A stretch of DNA of 59,877 bases from Candidatus Nanopelagicales bacterium (GTDB lineage Bacteria; Actinomycetota; Actinomycetes; S36-B12; UBA5976), in NCBI GenBank assembly GCA_023260395.1, contig JALQVI010000003.1, positions 1 through 59,877 on the forward strand. Direction: 5' to 3'. This document shows, piece by piece, positions 58,489 through 59,877 of the stretch. The first letter of the stretch is position 1; the number at the start of each line of letters is the position of its first letter. The notes under the pieces are model-generated. The model searched no databases and was not told where the DNA came from. It was given only the letters and a program-made list of their open reading frames with translations. A program made the translations under genes and the position numbers.

Positions 58489-59669
58489 GATGACAAACCT
58501 CGAGTGATTCGTGCATGTCCAATTCGTCCTAGCATTTGGCCAGCAAAATCTGGTTCAACTGTGACACCGGGCCGATGAACAGATTCGTAAACTGTTTCAA
58601 TCCGCTGTGCGACGGTTGCCCAATCAAACTCTTGCGCGCGTTCAAGTCCCGCGGTGTGAAGGCGCTGTAATTCGGTCTCATCTCGAAGCGTTTCACAAAT
58701 AACGTGTGCCAGTGAATCGCTATCTTCGTTGGTAAACATTTGACCCGCGCGTTCGCCGTCGAGTACGCGTGCAAAGGCTTGAAGGTTGCTAGCTACTACA
58801 GGTGTTCCAGAAGCCATTGCCTCTAGAAGGACGATTCCAAATGATTCGCCACCAGTATTTGGTGCAACGTATATGTTTCCACTTGCCAAAACTGACGGCT
58901 TATCTTTACTGTCGATCATTCCTAGCATTGTGAATCGTGAAGAGACATGATCAGGCAAACTAGCTAGCAACTCACTGGCATCGCCAGGTCCAGCAACCAG
59001 AAATCGAATGTCGGGAAATTGTTCAACAATTTTTGGCGCAGCACCTACAAGCACAGTCAAGCCTTTGCGCGGCTCATCCACTCGACCAAGGAAGACGATT
59101 GTCTTTCCGTTACCCGGCCAACCTGGCATAGGAACAGCATCGCGAAACTCTGTCGTATCGACACCATTTGGAATGATGATGGCGTCTCCCCCAACATGTT
59201 CAACCAACGTTGTCCGAGCTGCTTCACTGACAGCAATTCGCGCAGTGATTTTCTCCATCGCTGTTAAGGCCAACCGATTCAATGACAACAACATTCGTGA
59301 TCTATCCATTGATGAATGCCACGTTGCAACGATCGGTCCTTTTGCGGCCCAACAGGCGAGCACGGACAGACTCGGTGCTAACGGTTCATGTACATGAAGT
59401 ACGTCGAATGCGCCTTCAGAGATCCATTTCGACACTTTTCGAGCAGTAACGGGTCCAAAACTTAGACGTGCAACAGAGCCGTTGTATCGAACCGCTTTCG
59501 GTTTGCCAGTAGACACGACAAAATTAGGCAAGTTGTCATCAGATTCAGCAGGTGCAAGAACACTTACTTCATGTCCCATGCGGATCAAAGCAATCGCCAG
59601 GTCGTGTACGTGGGCACTTACTCCGCCTGGGATGTCCCATGCATATGGGCAAACAATTCCAATACGCAT
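58485..59669 (-). CDS. pimA: Phosphatidyl-myo-inositol mannosyltransferase (GT4)
   Basis: MRIGIVCPY.W..PGGV, YNGSVARL, HVHEP..PSLS, EPRKG, GGESFGIVLLEAM. Confidence 0.92.
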   Translation of the reverse strand: MRIGIVCPYAWDIPGGVSAHVHDLAIALIRMGHEVSVLAPAESDDNLPNFVVSTGKPKAVRYNGSVARLSFGPVTARKVSKWISEGAFDVLHVHEPLAPSLSVLACWAAKGPIVATWHSSMDRSRMLLSLNRLALTAMEKITARIAVSEAARTTLVEHVGGDAIIIPNGVDTTEFRDAVPMPGWPGNGKTIVFLGRVDEPRKGLTVLVGAAPKIVEQFPDIRFLVAGPGDASELLASLPDHVSSRFTMLGMIDSKDKPSVLASGNIYVAPNTGGESFGIVLLEAMASGTPVVASNLQAFARVLDGERAGQMFTNEDSDSLAHVICETLRDETELQRLHTAGLERAQEFDWATVAQRIETVYESVHRPGVTVEPDFAGQMLGRIGHARITRGLSS

Positions 59670-59875
59670 TATTCGGCCACCAGATCAGACCAAACAGGCT
59701 GAAGTTGATGCCAGTTCTCGGGATGGGAACGGATGTGTTCTTCAAATCTGTGCGCAATAGTTCCAGATATTTCTTGAGCTTTACGTAAACGCTCGCGACC
59801 TGTGAGTTGGTTAGCCGCAACCATGATCTCTTGATCGAATGTAATAACTGTTTGATCACCGTCATACCAAGCGCA
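59669..59875 (-). CDS. patA: Phosphatidylinositol mannoside acyltransferase, 3' end only
   Basis: Not in ORF track; minus frame reads ...TIAHRFEEHIRSHPENWHQLQPVWSDLVAE*, stop overlaps pimA start (TAATG). Confidence 0.8.
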   Translation of the reverse strand, partial: CAWYDGDQTVITFDQEIMVAANQLTGRERLRKAQEISGTIAHRFEEHIRSHPENWHQLQPVWSDLVAE

Positions 59876-59877
59876 GC

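Overview
About 60 kb of compact, roughly 50% GC actinobacterial chromosome (GC by eye; gene content and order resemble Streptomyces/Mycobacterium core clusters, and the compactness suggests a streamlined lineage). It is almost entirely housekeeping: the pupylation/Paf/Tat cluster, lnt-ppm1-rbpA, the gcv/garA/ftsR cluster, tRNA-Leu(CAA), nusB-efp-aro, alaS-aspS-hisS, rel-apt-secDF, ruvABC, pdxST and pimA. The window spans the probable replication terminus: a 28-bp actinobacterial dif site lies at 14845-14872 in the only long non-coding, AT-rich gap, and gene orientation converges on it. Main unusual points: extra XerD-arm-like sites and a 57-bp-period repeat next to dif; a two-subunit aconitase X pair directly behind gcvP under a single-aptamer glycine riboswitch; a Pup locus lacking prcBA; a LacI/alpha-glucosidase/PfkB cassette inserted in the garA-ftsR-MerR cluster; no yajC before secD; and many apparently leaderless genes. 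No transposase, integrase, phage gene, rRNA or CRISPR array was seen. All calls come from motif recognition and synteny recall; no searches were run.
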